Part shown: positions 26,531-39,162 of the stretch, piece after piece
Position numbering within the stretch: the stretch's first letter is position 1
Layout of the letters: every line of letters begins with the position of its first letter
Origin: Tubiluchus corallicola
Taxonomy: Eukaryota > Animalia > Priapulida
Direction of reading: 5' to 3'
Length of the DNA stretch: 64,000 nt
Assembly: GCA_030141605.1 (NCBI GenBank)
Contig: JAQGDQ010000577.1
Span: forward strand, 62,001-126,000
The notes under the pieces: generated by a model
The model's input: the letters and a program-made list of their open reading frames with translations, nothing else
The model's database searches: none
Told to the model about the DNA's origin: nothing
Position numbers and translations under genes: made by a program

Positions 26531-26714
26531 TATCATCATTATGATTATTATTATTATTATTATTATTATCATTATTATTTTTGTTGTTATTGTTGTCATC
26601 ATCATCATTATTATTAATATTATTATTATTATTATTATTATCATTGTTATTATTATTATCATCATCATCATCATCATCATCATTATTATTTTAGAAGCTC
26701 GATAGTCGATAACT
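25437..26714. repeat. Long inverted repeat (arms ~25437-25790 and ~26330-26714) containing trinucleotide microsatellites
   Basis: AGTTATCGACTATCGAGCTTCTAA / TTAGAAGCTCGATAGTCGATAACT at the outer ends; inner unique segments are also reverse complements. Confidence 0.85.
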
Positions 26715-26989
26715 TCATCCAAGCTCGTATGTAACACCCAAATCTTAAATCTGATTTTGAACAGTATTAAGTAAGTACATAGAAGTTAAGATACGATGAT
26801 AGGTAATTTTCCAGCATTTGTAATAGTAATTGTTGTTATGTTTTAATAAATCATTTTTGTAGTGCAGGCAGTTATTGTATATTCTTTTGATGTCTGTTAA
26901 TTGTAACACTAGTTGGTTTGGTGCTATTTCACTTTTTTGCCGATGTCAGTAATGAAATAAGTATATTTAAATGGTGAAAAACATTCCAG

Positions 26990-27142
26990 CACCATCGCAA
27001 CAACCACCGCCTATCTATGAGCCTCTGGGACCCACCAGTTTGAAGATCAAGTGGCAGGAACCTGATTATCCAAATGGCTTCATCAGGTATCATTACCTGT
27101 ACCGTGAAGGGAAGTTACTGGCTCAGGTGCCAGCATCCGAAG
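26990..27142 (+). CDS. USH2A: Usherin exon 17 (FN3)
   Basis: ttccag|CA; PSQQPPP...KWQEPDYPNG; G|gtaaag. Confidence 0.85.
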
Positions 27143-27688
27143 GTAAAGATGAGCTTTATGTTATTTATTTGCGTATGCTCATAGTTGAGGTACGAACAAG
27201 CAGTGATAAGCCATTGACTATTTAAGTACTTTTTATGAATGGTAGAGCATCAACTTTAGTTGAACTACTTTTAACTACCCTTGAAGATTTTTAGCTGGCA
27301 GTAAAATTTTCAATTTTTCAACAACTTGAGCTATTCTGTGGTAATTGTCCTCTGATTTATTAAATTAATAATTTGTCCATTCGTATTTTCATTCAGCAAT
27401 CTAACCATTTCCATCCAGCTAGTAATTTGGTCATTTTCTCGTGTAAATTCCTTATTTTCAGTTGCCAGTGACAATTGCTTGAGTAGGAAAAATATTACAA
27501 TTCAAATTGAAAACAATTTTTGACAGTTTTCTTTCAGGTATTGAGTTCTTCCAGAAAAATTTGTGAGGTAATTTTCTTCCAATAGCTTGAAAGTCACTTG
27601 TGATAATGTTTAGCTGTTACTATGTGCAAAAATCTAGATAGTGATTATCAGTGTTTAGATTAAATTGTTCTTATCCCTTGTGTTTCAG

Positions 27689-28177
27689 GTAAAGAATTCA
27701 TAGATACTGGACTCACACCGTTTTCTAACTATACTTACCATGTTGAGTCACAGAACGATTTCGGGCGGACACGGAGTGCTCCTGTAATTTTCCGCACGCC
27801 TCCAGGGACGCCCAATGGTACGTTTGAGTTAACTGTCAATGACGTCGAAGCCAGGTCGGCGCATTTTTCCTGGAACGAGCCAACCATTCCGAATGGACCA
27901 ATCACTGGATATCAGCTGGTGTCGATAATGCTCGGAACGGACAACATCACCATTCATTGGTCGGGAAATGCTTTGGAGGTGACATTAACAGATTTGATTC
28001 CATTCACTGCGTATAGTTTCTTCTCAGTGAGCTGTACAGACGGAGGTTGCCTGGACAGTGAATCAGTGGAGGTGACGACCCTAGAGGCCGTTCCCCAAGG
28101 CTTGGCACCACCAGTTGTTCAAGCGTTAAGTTCTACTGAACTGAATGTGACTTGGATGCCACCTTCTGAGCCTAATG
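27689..28177 (+). CDS. USH2A: Usherin exon 18 (FN3)
   Basis: tttcag|GT; DTGLTPFSNYTY...CTDGGCLDS...WMPPSEPN; G|gtatgc. Confidence 0.9.
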
Positions 28178-28379
28178 GTATGCTTTCTATGTGTATGCGT
28201 GGTTGAAAAGACAAGACATAGAAAACAATGCTGTTGAAAGTGCTCAAACTGTTCAGACTTGCTTAGCATTGTAGTTTACTGGCATCGTCTGAACTCATCA
28301 GCATGCACATGTATTATTAGTTGCAAGTGTGTACTGTGTGTTTTAAAGCTGCTGTTGAGAATGTGTATGCAGCAGTAGT

Positions 28380-29310
28380 ATGAGTGGCAACCTGCTTTGT
28401 TGTGGCTGTCGTGTTGGGATGGCTTCCCGTATGAGTGGCGACCTGCTTTGTTGTGGCTGTCGTGTTGGGATGGCTTCCCGTATGAGTGGCGACCTGCTTT
28501 GTTTGTTTGTTGTGGCTGGCATGTTGGCGTGCCTTCCCGTATGAGTGGCAACCTGCATTGTTGTGGCTGGCATGTTGGCGTGCCTTCCCGTATGAGTGGC
28601 GACCTGCATTGTTTGTTTGTTGTGGCTGGCATGTTGGCGTGCCTTCCCGTATGAGTGGCAACCTGCTTTGTTTGTTTGTTGTGGCTGCCATGTTGGCGTG
28701 GCTTCCTGTATGAGTGGCGACCTGCTTTGTTTGTTTGTTGTGGCTGGCATGTTGGCGTGGCTTCCCGTATGAGTGGCGACCTGCTTTGTTTGTTTGTTGT
28801 GGCTGGCATGTTGGCGTGCCTTCCCGTATGAGTGGCAACCTGCTTTGTTTGTTTGGTATGGCTGGCATGTTGGCGTGCCTTCCCGTATGAGTGGCGACCT
28901 GCTTTGTTTGTTTGTTGTGGCTGGCATGTTGGCATAGCTTCCCGTATGAGTGGCAACCTGCTTTGTTTGTTTGTTGTGGCTGGCATGTTCGCATGGCTTC
29001 TCCTATGTGTGGCGACCTGCATTGTTGTGGCTGGCATGTTCGCATGGCTTCTCCTATGTGTGGCGACCTGCATTGTTGTGGCTGCCGTGTTCGCATGGCT
29101 TCTCCTTTGTGTGGCGACCTGCATTGTTGTGGCTGCCGTGTTCGCATGGCTTCTCCTATGTGTGGCGACCTGCTTTGTTGTGGCTGGCATGTTGGCGTGG
29201 CTTCCCGTATGAGTGGCAACTTGCTTTGTTGTGGCTGTCGTGTTGGCATGGCTTCTCCTATGTGTGGCGACCTGCTTTGTTGTGGCTGGCATGTTGGCGT
29301 GGCTTCCCTA
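28380..29310. repeat. 51/59-bp tandem minisatellite
   Basis: Unit TATGAGTGGCGACCTGCTTTG(TTTGTTTG)TTGTGGCTGGCATGTTGGCGTGCCTTCCCG. Confidence 0.95.
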
Positions 29311-29401
29311 TTTTTATTGTGGTTTTTCCTGATTACCAGTTTGTAGGAGTTGTAATTGCTTTCCTAATCAATTATTCCACATTTACGTTGATTCCTTGCA
29401 G

Positions 29402-29607
29402 GTGTCATCATATTCTATGAATTATGGTTTCGTGGAAAGAGAAAAGACGAACAGGGTAACCACGTTCCGAGCCCCTCCCGGGTGTTTCATCCAGCGGGGT
29501 GGTACAATGCACGCCCGACGCTAGCTCCGCTGGAGGACCCGCTACTTCCGCCTGCCACTAACTGGACTCAGACTGGCTTGGATGCTTACACTGAGTATCA
29601 GTTTCAG
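29402..29607 (+). CDS. USH2A: Usherin exon 19 (FN3)
   Basis: cttgcag|GT; VIIFYELW...GLDAYTEYQFQ; CAG|gttagc. Confidence 0.88.
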
Positions 29608-31255
29608 GTTAGCAAGTTAATCAATTGATGGTTTATATTTTAATCAGTCCTGTTTCTGCTTCTTTGTCTTCATCGTGGAGTGAAAAATGTTAATTTTTAT
29701 TAATGCCACAGAGCTGCAATTGGTCGTTGATTTAACACAGCACAAACGATTTAGATGGCAAAAGTATAACTGTCAATACGCTGCTACAGTGGAAAAAAAT
29801 GAATTGTAGAATTTTACAAAATAGAAAACCAACAGGTGTTCATAATGAACACATCTCTGACAGACTTCATTTTGGGAAACTCAAAAGTCCATTCGTAACA
29901 GCAACTTCTGAGTTGCACGGCAGAGTCTCAGAATGTAACGAATTTGCGCTGACTTTGATACTTTCAATTTTTAATTTAAATGATGTAATATTATCTTGAT
30001 TACAGATATATGTAGTTTTCTTGAGAAATTAAGTAATCAGTAAAAATAACTGTTAAAGAACTGTTGTTTTTCCTGTTTTTTGCAAATACACGAAATGTTG
30101 GCTGCTATGTTGTTGTGCCTAAGAGTAAGACCAAAAATAGACTGATTCCAAGCTGTGAATTATTAAAAACTTACATGTAGCTGTAGATCTGACACATTTT
30201 AAATGTCAATTGGATATATCCAGCATTTACGATGATACATATCTGGTATGCAGTCGTAGCACCGTCTTTTCTTACTGGTGTGAAATTAAATAAACTGAAA
30301 CGTCGGAAAAGCCTTGCTTAGAGAAAACGACTATACCTTCTAATTTTATGTTCGTTAGGACAGGACTATCACACTGATCGAAATGATTAACAGAAAGTGA
30401 AATGACAACCTATCTTACAGCTTTGCCCTGATTATCTAATGTAAATCCCATTTTGATTGTTGCTTGTCATTGTTAATAAACTGCACTCTCATTAAAGATT
30501 GTTGATTCTCACCTGGCAAGCTATACTTTCATCAAAAACTTGTGAACAAAATCTGTGTTTTTGGCATTTGGTTGTATTAGAAGTGCCTGCCAGCTGTCGA
30601 CTTTGCTTTGAAAGGCAATGTTTCAACCTATTACTCTTCACATAACTTTCTTTTGAAGTAACGGATAAAATTATCCTTGGCTGGGATAACGTGGCTTTCT
30701 CGCAGGAGTGATTTTAAATGATAAATTGTAGATTTCGTTTTGAATGTTAAGGCCATACGATTAAAGATTATAATGTTACTGAATTATTGATTTGTGGAAA
30801 ACAAAAGCAAAATCACAATGAATGATAAAATATAGTGCCTTTGATTTTCCAGGCATCAGTTTGTTATTGTAGAAAAATTCCTGTTTTTAATGAGTTTTTT
30901 CAAACAATATTCTTTTTTGCATTTTAACAAACTATCCAGTGCATAAAAGAAAATGTACGTTTAAATTTTTGACACTCAAAGCTGAGTACATCATTCTTTC
31001 TTCCGTTTTTAAAACTTGACTTTTGGCGCTAACACACCACAAGAAGTTTATATAAAAAATGTGGTAGTGTATATGTTATCTCCGTAGTTGTAAAATGAGC
31101 AAGTTGATTTAATATGATGGCTCTTCTGAGCAAAACATTAAACACTTTTGTGTAAAATTGTAATTACAAGAATTTTCTTGTTGAACAATGAACACTCTAT
31201 TTCTTATCTTCGGCTCTATGAATGAATATAAAGATGAGATCTAACATGTGCTTAA

Positions 31256-31930
31256 AGGACAAGAAAGGGGGTACCTGAAGTAGGTTTCAGAAAAATTACC
31301 TTAAAAAATTATATTACTTTATAGCAATTTTATACATGTATCATACTCGCGTTGAAAAGATTTATGTTTGTTTTCATTTTAAATTTCCTGTAACACTGTT
31401 CTGACATGACGTCATATACCTCACAACGTAAATAATGGGAAGAAAAAATCAATGTTAAACTATGTCCCAAAAAACTTTCCATGCAAAATTGTATTACTTA
31501 GCATTTTGCTTACCTGCTTGAAAGGCTTATGTAACTAGAAATGAACATTATTAATTTATATCAAATGTTTTCAGCAATTGATAAAATGTCGTTGACTCAC
31601 CTCCAAGGTGCACCACTCATTAACCAAAAACGTATTTTTAATCTTATTGACAAGATACAGTGATTTAAAATTTTACTTAGTTAACAACATTTATGCTACG
31701 AATGCTCTGGTTATTTTTTCAAACTTTACTCAGTGTTCTCTAAACTTGTTTCAAATGACTTATCGTCAAAATAACTGCATCTAACGGTCATCATGGGAGT
31801 TTAAAGTTACGTGTTTTATACAGTGTTACTGCCAATGCAAGCCCTGCATGCAAAAAGGCACCATGTAAATTGTATAAAATTTCAAGACGAATTTTTTAAA
31901 CTTTATGTAAGTGGAGGTTCTTCTTGTGCT
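31256..31930. mobile_element. Kolobok-like non-autonomous element, copy 1
   Basis: TTAA-AGGACAAGAA ... TTCTTGTGCT-TAA; ~450 bp similar to 34752-35258. Confidence 0.55.
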
Positions 31931-32332
31931 TAAAACATTATTGTTTGTTAATACATGTTTATAAATATAATACTGTGGGTTTTCATTGTAAAAATGAGTT
32001 TGATGTTACAAAATTGAAATCAGCACATTAATCACTTTTAGGCTATCTCCAGACACCTTGTTTTTTTCCCAAAACCTCTCAAAATCGTTAACAATGTTTT
32101 CCAGAATAACTTGCATTTTGTAAGATTGAGTATAAGCAGTAGAGGAAACCTTTGTATTTATTAAATGTATGTTGGTGTTTCTTGCATATATTCTGCAAAA
32201 TTCGGTAGTTGCTGCTGTTATCTGAGCAATAAACCTGCCTAGACCAGTTTAGTAAAGGAAAATTCTCCCATTTTAAGCTTTACGAATTTCAAATTTGAGT
32301 TAAACAAGTGAAATTTGTGTTGAATTTTTTAG

Positions 32333-32399
32333 GTAATTGCAGAAAATGGTGCGGGGAAGAAAGCTAGCGCTTGGGCAACGGGCAGAACCAAAGAAGACA
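32333..32399 (+). CDS. USH2A: Usherin exon 20 (FN3)
   Basis: ttttttag|GTA; VIAENGAGKKASAWATGRTKED; A|gttagt. Confidence 0.85.
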
Positions 32400-32635
32400 G
32401 TTAGTATAATTAATAGTATAAAGCGTAATGACTGTGTTAACTAATTGAACTATTTATTGAGTGAAATATTGTTAGGAAAAAAAGCGTAAGCAGCAAAATC
32501 TGCTTTTAAATCCTCAAACAATGTTTAAATGTAGTGTATGAGTTTAATTCGCTTTTGCTCATTTCAATGCTGTCAGTCTTTTTTCTGTCATTGTGAGCAG
32601 CAGTAAAATACGTGAGAAAATTGTAATTATGAGTA

Positions 32636-33000
32636 TACTCATATCTCTGTTTGCCGGACAAAAGCGGGGAGACGTAGGTCCAAATTTGCCGATTGTTGGT
32701 ATTTACCCATACTAAAATAGTACAGTAGGCGCCGTGTATTAGACTCACGGTAATGTAGAATCAATCGCCTAATTGTCTCAAAAGCGGCTGGTACGTGCTG
32801 CTCCTAACATACAAACTACACACGTGTCGTTACACGCTGCTTGGTTGCAATTATGTAAGCAAAGTGACGGCTCGTCAACTAGTGGTCAGCTCGTGAAACA
32901 ACGGGCTGTGTCTGTAGTATGAGGGACTTATAACGGTCAGATTTTGTCCGATTTTTCCGATATCCGTAAAAGCGAGGTCCGGCAAACCGAGATACGAGTG
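32636..33000. mobile_element. MITE family B copy 3
   Basis: TA-TACTCATATCTCTGTTTGCCGGAC ... GTCCGGCAAACCGAGATACGAGTG-TA. Confidence 0.85.
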
Positions 33001-33311
33001 TAGTTTTCCTAAGCTCCTAGAGAAAAATCTAGAAATGCTTTTGGAAAAAATCTTTTGCAAATGAGAAGAAAAATCTATGAGACAAATAATTAAAACAATA
33101 CTCTTTCAGAAAAAACATATTCGACAAATTGTGTTACTGTGTGTGTGTGTTGTGTATGTCTACAACTTGGCAAAAACTGACAGTGATTTTTAAAACTTGG
33201 TCATTTCTTCGTTTGTTAGCAGTTTTTTTCATTATTTATGTTTTTTTCGTACTTACTTTAGCGTTTTAATCACGTTTTATCAGCATATTTAATAGTAAAA
33301 GGCTTCAGTAA

Positions 33312-34491
33312 AGTACCTTTATATTACTGTGGTTATTGATAAAACTTTCTTATTAACAATTTTATTAAATTTACTTGTGACAAAAGCACATATTGGAAGA
33401 AATAATTTAGGTTATACTGAGCTTGTCTGATGGTGTTTATGGAAGCGGTGCTGATATTAAATGCACCAGCTTGTTGAGTTGTACCCTTATATTACTGTGG
33501 TTATTGATAAAACTTTCTTATTAACAATTTTATTAAATTTACTTGTGACAAAAGCACATATTGGAAGAAATAATTTAGGTTATACTGAGCTTGTCTGATG
33601 GTGTTTATGGAAGCGGTGCTGATATTAAATGCACCAGCTTGTTGAGTTGTACCCTTATATTACTGTGGTTATTGATAAAACTTTCTTATTAACAATTTTA
33701 TTAAATTTACTTGTGACAAAAGCACATATTGGAAGAAATAATTTAGGTTATACTGAGCTTGTCTGATGGTGTTTATGGAAGCGGTGCTGATATTAAATGC
33801 ACCAGCTTGTTGAGTTGTACCCTTATATTACTGTGGTTATTGATAAAACTTTCTTATTAACAATTTTATTAAATTTACTTGTGACAAAAGCACATATTGG
33901 AAGAAATAATTTAGGTTATACTGAGCTTGTCTGATGGTGTTTATGGAAGCGGTGCTGATATTAAATGCACCAGCTTGTTGAGTTGTACCCTTATATTACT
34001 GTGGTTATTGATAAAACTTTCTTATTAACAATTTTATTAAATTTACTTGTGACAAAAGCACATATTGGAAGAAATAATTTAGGTTATACTGAGCTTGTCT
34101 GATGGTGTTTATGGAAGCGGTGCTGATATTAAATGCACCAGCTTGTTGAGTTGTACCCTTATATTACTGTGGTTATTGATAAAACTTTCTTATTAACAAT
34201 TTTATTAAATTTACTTGTGACAAAAGCACATATTGGAAGAAATAATTTAGGTTATACTGAGCTTGTCTGATGGTGTTTATGGAAGCGGTGCTGATATTAA
34301 ATGCACCAGCCTTGTTGAGTTGTACCCTTATATTACTGTGGTTATTGATAAAACTTTCTTATTAACAATTTTATTAAATTTACTTGTGACATAAGCACAT
34401 ATTGGAAGAAATAATTTAGGTTATATTGAGCTTGTCTGATGGTGTTTCTGGAAGCGGTGCTGATATTAAATGCATCAGCTTGTTGAGTTGT
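33312..34491. repeat. 168-bp tandem array, 7 near-identical copies
   Basis: GTACCCTTATATTACTGTGG recurs at 33481, 33649, 33817... Confidence 0.95.
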
Positions 34492-34516
34492 AAATGTTTC
34501 TTGTTTATTTATGTAG

Positions 34517-34683
34517 CGCCATTGTACATGAATCCACCAGTAGTGAACTCTGTCAGCAGCAGACAGTTTAATGTGTCGTGGGATCGTCCGAAGGTTACAG
34601 ACGTTCGGGGCAACATCACTGAGTACAGAGTTTATGTATTAGTGCAGTCTACAGTTGATTATGCTCCAAAAACTTATGCTCAG
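34517..34683 (+). CDS. USH2A: Usherin exon 21 (FN3)
   Basis: atgtag|CG; PLYMNPP...NVSWDRP...RGNITEYRV; CAG|gtgaaa. Confidence 0.88.
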
Positions 34684-34751
34684 GTGAAAGTTCTATTTGT
34701 ATGTGAAAATAGCAGTTTCAGGTGATTTTTCTCGTGAAATTAAAACCTTAA

Positions 34752-35258
34752 AGGTGAAGAAAATGTTATTTTAATGTACGTCCCAAAAAAACTTCCCACA
34801 CAAAGTTATTTTGCTTTTCATTCACGCTTACTTGCTTGAATTACTCATGTAATTACAAAAGAATGTTTTTAACAATTTAAAATGTTCACACATCAACTGA
34901 TAAAATATCACACACCGGACTTACCTACCCAGTGTGCACTGTTGTTTCACCAAAAAAACGTTTTATCGATCTTACTGACAAGATAAAGTACTTTATGTTT
35001 TTGTTTAGCTAGTAAAATGCGTGCTACTAATACTTTGACTGTTTTTCAAATTTTACCAACTGTGTTATTTAAACTTGTTTCAAAAGACTTATCATCAAAA
35101 TGGCTGCGCCTAACAGTTATCGCAAGAGTTTAAATTTTCAAGTTTTATACAACATTGTTACTAACACAAACCCTGTATGGAATAAGGCAGTATGTAGTGA
35201 TGCAAAATTTCAAGACAAATCTTTTTGGCTTTGCGTAAGTGAAGGGTTTTCTTGCAGT
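34752..35258. mobile_element. Kolobok-like element, copy 2 (diverged)
   Basis: TTAA-AGGTGAAGAA start; colinear with 31460-31925 (e.g. AAACTTGTTTCAAA-GACTTATC, AAAATTTCAAGAC). Confidence 0.55.
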
Positions 35259-35625
35259 TTGACTTATCTTCTGTAAAGTTTGCTATAGATATGCTTTCTT
35301 GTTGCAAGCTTGTGCTGGATCTCTGGTTAAAATTGGTAAAAGACGCTCATCTTTTTTATACAGAATCGGCACAGTAAGTGAAATCACTCAGAGTAAGTAT
35401 TAAACCCAGTTGTCACCCAGTCATTCACTTGCTAACCTCAGTTTTGCATAACTTTAATCACGAAGTTGTACATGCCGACCGCTCGGCTATTCCATACATC
35501 GTTAAAGCAAAATTGTCCATCAGAATGTGCTCTAGAGTCTGGACCACTCATCTTCTTACACCGCATTATTATCTCTAGGTAATGAATGAGTTTATAATAA
35601 TATCTGAATTGATTTTTGTGTTCAG

Positions 35626-35770
35626 TTGTTGGCTTTGATTCCAAACACAAAAACTTGGTTTGTCACCGGAAACTATAAACCGTACACCACCAAGACGTTT
35701 TTTGTGGGAGTTTGTAATTTCGTCGCCTGTGTGAACAGCTCACTCACCTCGGGAAGGACTGCAGAAACTG
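35626..35770 (+). CDS. USH2A: Usherin exon 22 (FN3)
   Basis: gttcag|TTG; YKPYTTKTFFVGVCNFVACVNS...GRTAET; G|gtaggt. Confidence 0.85.
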
Positions 35771-36345
35771 GTAGGTTGCTGCTGTATTTATGAGTCACCT
35801 GAACTGTCAACAGAAGTAACAGGCACAATGCTGCAAAATTTCTAGGATTTTTCTTTGATAGCAACTGTCATTGGCATCTCCATCACATGTACCTTTCTCA
35901 GTGTACAGTTAGAGAAGCCACTGTCTAACATGGTTAAGCACGTACTTACACATTTTGCAATTTAAATCGGAAAAATTACTTGGCCCCCCCAGCCGCAGAT
36001 TACTTATCCCGGATCACCGGTGTAAGTGGAAGTACCATGACAGATTTGTGGTTTTGTGGACAAAAACAACACATAAAAGTGGATAACCGTAAGATGTGTG
36101 GCTATTTTTCTAAGTTAGCAAGAAGGCGGGAATTCAGCAATGTACAAGAATCGTGTTCTTTCATTATTTTTTCATACACTTAATCTCAAAATAAACTTAC
36201 CCTTAGGTTACTTGGATTTTCGTGTATGTATGTGGCAGGGAGCTGTCTAATAGTTTATTTAACTTGCATTTAAATTATCATATTTGTAATTCTTGCTATC
36301 AGAATAAAGATGATGCAGCATATAATATATTTCTAATTTTTGCAG

Positions 36346-36576
36346 CCCCTGCTGAACTTGGTCAACCCGTAGCTGATGGCTACAATTCCACCACGATGCA
36401 CATAACTTGGAATCCTCCTGTCGAACCAAACGGCCCTCCGCCGGAATACACGCTGCATAGGATGTCAACAGCATTCAGTAATCCGCCACCTAGTGTTGAA
36501 CACGGTAGCCATTTTACCGGCAGCGGCTACTATATGTTCGATCATACGATGCTGCCGGAAAATACTCCTTTTACAG
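36346..36576 (+). CDS. USH2A: Usherin exon 23 (FN3 / start of LamG)
   Basis: tttgcag|CC; APAELGQP...WNPPVEPNGPPP...FTGSGYY...ENTPFT; G|gtaatt. Confidence 0.9.
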
Positions 36577-37790
36577 GTAATTTCTAACAGTTATCATTCA
36601 AAAGAAGCCTGTCTGGCACTTGTAATTGAATTGGTTAGCTTCCAACTGTGCACCAGAACTCGTTTATATGTTTTTGCCCTACAAAGGTGTGCTATGTGTG
36701 ACACTGAGAATGGCTTCATTAACAAAGCATTCTCCAGATCCAACACACTAAACCACTGTGACACGTTCACTAGAACTTGTGTGTATTTTTACACTGAAAC
36801 TGTTGTTCATGTTGGACTTATTTTACAAACATGTTGGGTGGGCAATTTTTCTTTTCTTGTAACACTGGAAACTTAATGCATATGTTCATGTACATCAGTG
36901 ATCTCACATTTTCAGAAATATAGCAAAGCTCTTAATCAATCTTTTTATGTTTTTAACTGTATAATAAACACAAGATTTATTTAAAAGCACTGTCACTTAT
37001 GGTCAATTTTATTTATTGAATAGGCGAGATAAATCTGCACCTGTACATTTTGCCATTATTTCAGGAAAAAAGCGAACACTCTACGTGCAAAAAATATGAT
37101 AAGGCCATTATGCTTCTGCTGATAATGGTACCGGATAGTGCAAATAGTCCAGCTTTATTCTTTTCAAATATTGAATAAATAGTGTTGATGTCGAGTCACT
37201 TTTGTTGTAATTGTATGTCAAATCTCAAATTAAGATCTCCAAATGACCTGACATTTGATTATATGAAAGCTGTGTTTTACAACAAAATTCAAAAAGAGTT
37301 TTTTGATTATATTTCATAAAACTTGTACGTTTATGAATTACAGTATGTCGTATGTTAGTAAGCAGTGTAGCAGAAATTTGTTGATAAGTTGAAAATAGAA
37401 AAATATGTACAGAAATACAGAAACAGTTCATAACTTTTCACTTACTATTGATGATGCTTTGGCAAAACTTAGCCTAATATTTGTAATATAATTTTTTGTA
37501 TTTTCTACATACTTTTAATTTTTACTTTACACAGCTTTGTAAATCCGGGGTCAGGACTGTCGGTCGAATAAGTTGTACTGAGAAAAGCCACAATTTTTTA
37601 CATCCTGTGAAAACTGGTTAAGATATACACTGTTGACAGTATTGCTCATATTTTCTGCGCTATTTTTTAATACATATTCGCAGTCCAGTTTTCCAAAGCA
37701 TCTCTTTTTTTTTCGCCGAAATGCCTACGTTTCCTTCAATGCAAACTGATTAACACTGCTTATAAGAAATCATTTGTTGGAATCCAGTAA

Positions 37791-38163
37791 GCCTTTTCAC
37801 AGTTCCAACAATTGATGATAATTGTGACAAGATCAAAGGTTAAATGTACCAGACAACGCATTTGTGTACACTTGACAATGCCTAGCAGCCCAAGCTATTG
37901 TAATAGTAACAGTTTTAACAACTAGCTAGAACTTTACCTAGTTTGTTTTTTATTCTTCCCAAGCAAGTAAATCACTCTATGCACAGACTAATGCATAATT
38001 AAGTAAAGTCCACATAAAACAACTGAAGTTACTGAACTGATCTGACACAGCTTTGCTTTACCCACATGTCACTTGACGGTTGTAGTTAAGACGCGTTGTT
38101 GTGGTACACTTTACCTTTGACCTACAGTAAACTACATGTGGACACAACAAAACTGTGAAAAGC
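37791..38163. mobile_element. MITE family D (PIF/Harbinger, Tourist-like), copy 1, 46 bp downstream of the GPCR stop
   Basis: TAA-GCCTTTTCACAGTT ... AACTGTGAAAAGC-TTA; interior shared with copies at 47333 and 62169. Confidence 0.75.
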
Positions 38164-38208
38164 TTATTAAATTTTGCAGAAAACAAATGTTCCTTCGCCA
38201 AATTGTTT

Positions 38209-39162
38209 TTAAGATAGTTGTTCTCCTGTCTGAGGTTGAATTTTATTGTAAAACATGTTTTTCATTGCACTACGAAACTCCTTTACTTTGACCGAGTAAA
38301 TTACTACGTTAGCAAGTGCATTCGTAAGCAAAATAGCTCCACTGACTGGCATCGCTGTATGCAAAAGGACGGAAAATCCCTGGTCTATGACGTAAACTAA
38401 AGCAAAAATCATATGTGGCAGAGTCATTAGGTAAAAACAACCTGTCAAATAAAACATAATCTTGGCCATCCTAAACCTGGTTTTTAGCGAGTTTTCGATC
38501 GAGGTGGATCGTATTTCTTTGGATCTGATGGATTTTTGCTGCTCGAGTGCGACTTGCACGACTCTAGTGTTCAAGTAGAGAATCGGTATCATCGTGAGGA
38601 GATATATTGTGATTACAGTAATATCTACCACGCGCGAGGTTCCAAAACAAAATGTTCCTTTGCTGAAGTTGTCATTCCGAAATATCTGTCGGATGATCAG
38701 ATTTGTTAGAATGCTGACGCTCCATATCAGCACAAGAACGACGCGGGTTGTAATCGGCGTTAGTAGGTTTTTATGGTGCAATGGGTGTACGACCGCTATG
38801 TAGCGCTCTGCTGATATTGCAGCGAATGTGCACATAGAGGCCTCGATCATCGTGTCGATCAACCCTTTCACTGCCAGACACCAGATGACAGAACAATCGC
38901 CTTGCAACCATATCATGATGGAGTAGAGTATGCCTGCGACGCCTGTGAACATGTCTGCTACTGCTAGGTTACAGATAAGAATGTAATATGTGTTGTGGAG
39001 AACGTTCGACTTCCAGATGACTATAATGACCAGGGCGTTGCAAATGATCGCTAACACGGAGACCGTTAACACGTACGTGTACAGCAAATTTGCAATACCG
39101 CTGAGCTGTCTGTCCTCACATTCAGCTGTGTCATTAATAGTTAGGTCTGTCAGTGAAAACAT
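38209..39162 (-). CDS. Rhodopsin-family (class A) orphan GPCR, uninterrupted 317-aa ORF nested antisense in usherin intron 23
   Basis: Seven hydrophobic segments; TM1 N (CNALV), TM2 NLAVAD, TM3 ERYIAVVHPL, TM4 W, TM5 LY, TM6 LP, TM7 NxxxNVVIY, helix-8 EFR; N-glycosylation site NDT at the N-terminus. Confidence 0.92.
   Translation of the reverse strand: MFSLTDLTINDTAECEDRQLSGIANLLYTYVLTVSVLAIICNALVIIVIWKSNVLHNTYYILICNLAVADMFTGVAGILYSIMIWLQGDCSVIWCLAVKGLIDTMIEASMCTFAAISAERYIAVVHPLHHKNLLTPITTRVVLVLIWSVSILTNLIIRQIFRNDNFSKGTFCFGTSRVVDITVITIYLLTMIPILYLNTRVVQVALEQQKSIRSKEIRSTSIENSLKTRFRMAKIMFYLTGCFYLMTLPHMIFALVYVIDQGFSVLLHTAMPVSGAILLTNALANVVIYSVKVKEFRSAMKNMFYNKIQPQTGEQLS

Noticed and set aside
28276-29420. 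Long ORFs (up to 338 aa) on both strands
   Set aside because: Translations of a stop-poor 51/59-bp minisatellite, open in several frames, in an intron.
33420-33460. Hammerhead ribozyme in the 168-bp array
   Set aside because: The core CTGANGA...GAAA is absent (the sequence is CTGATGG).
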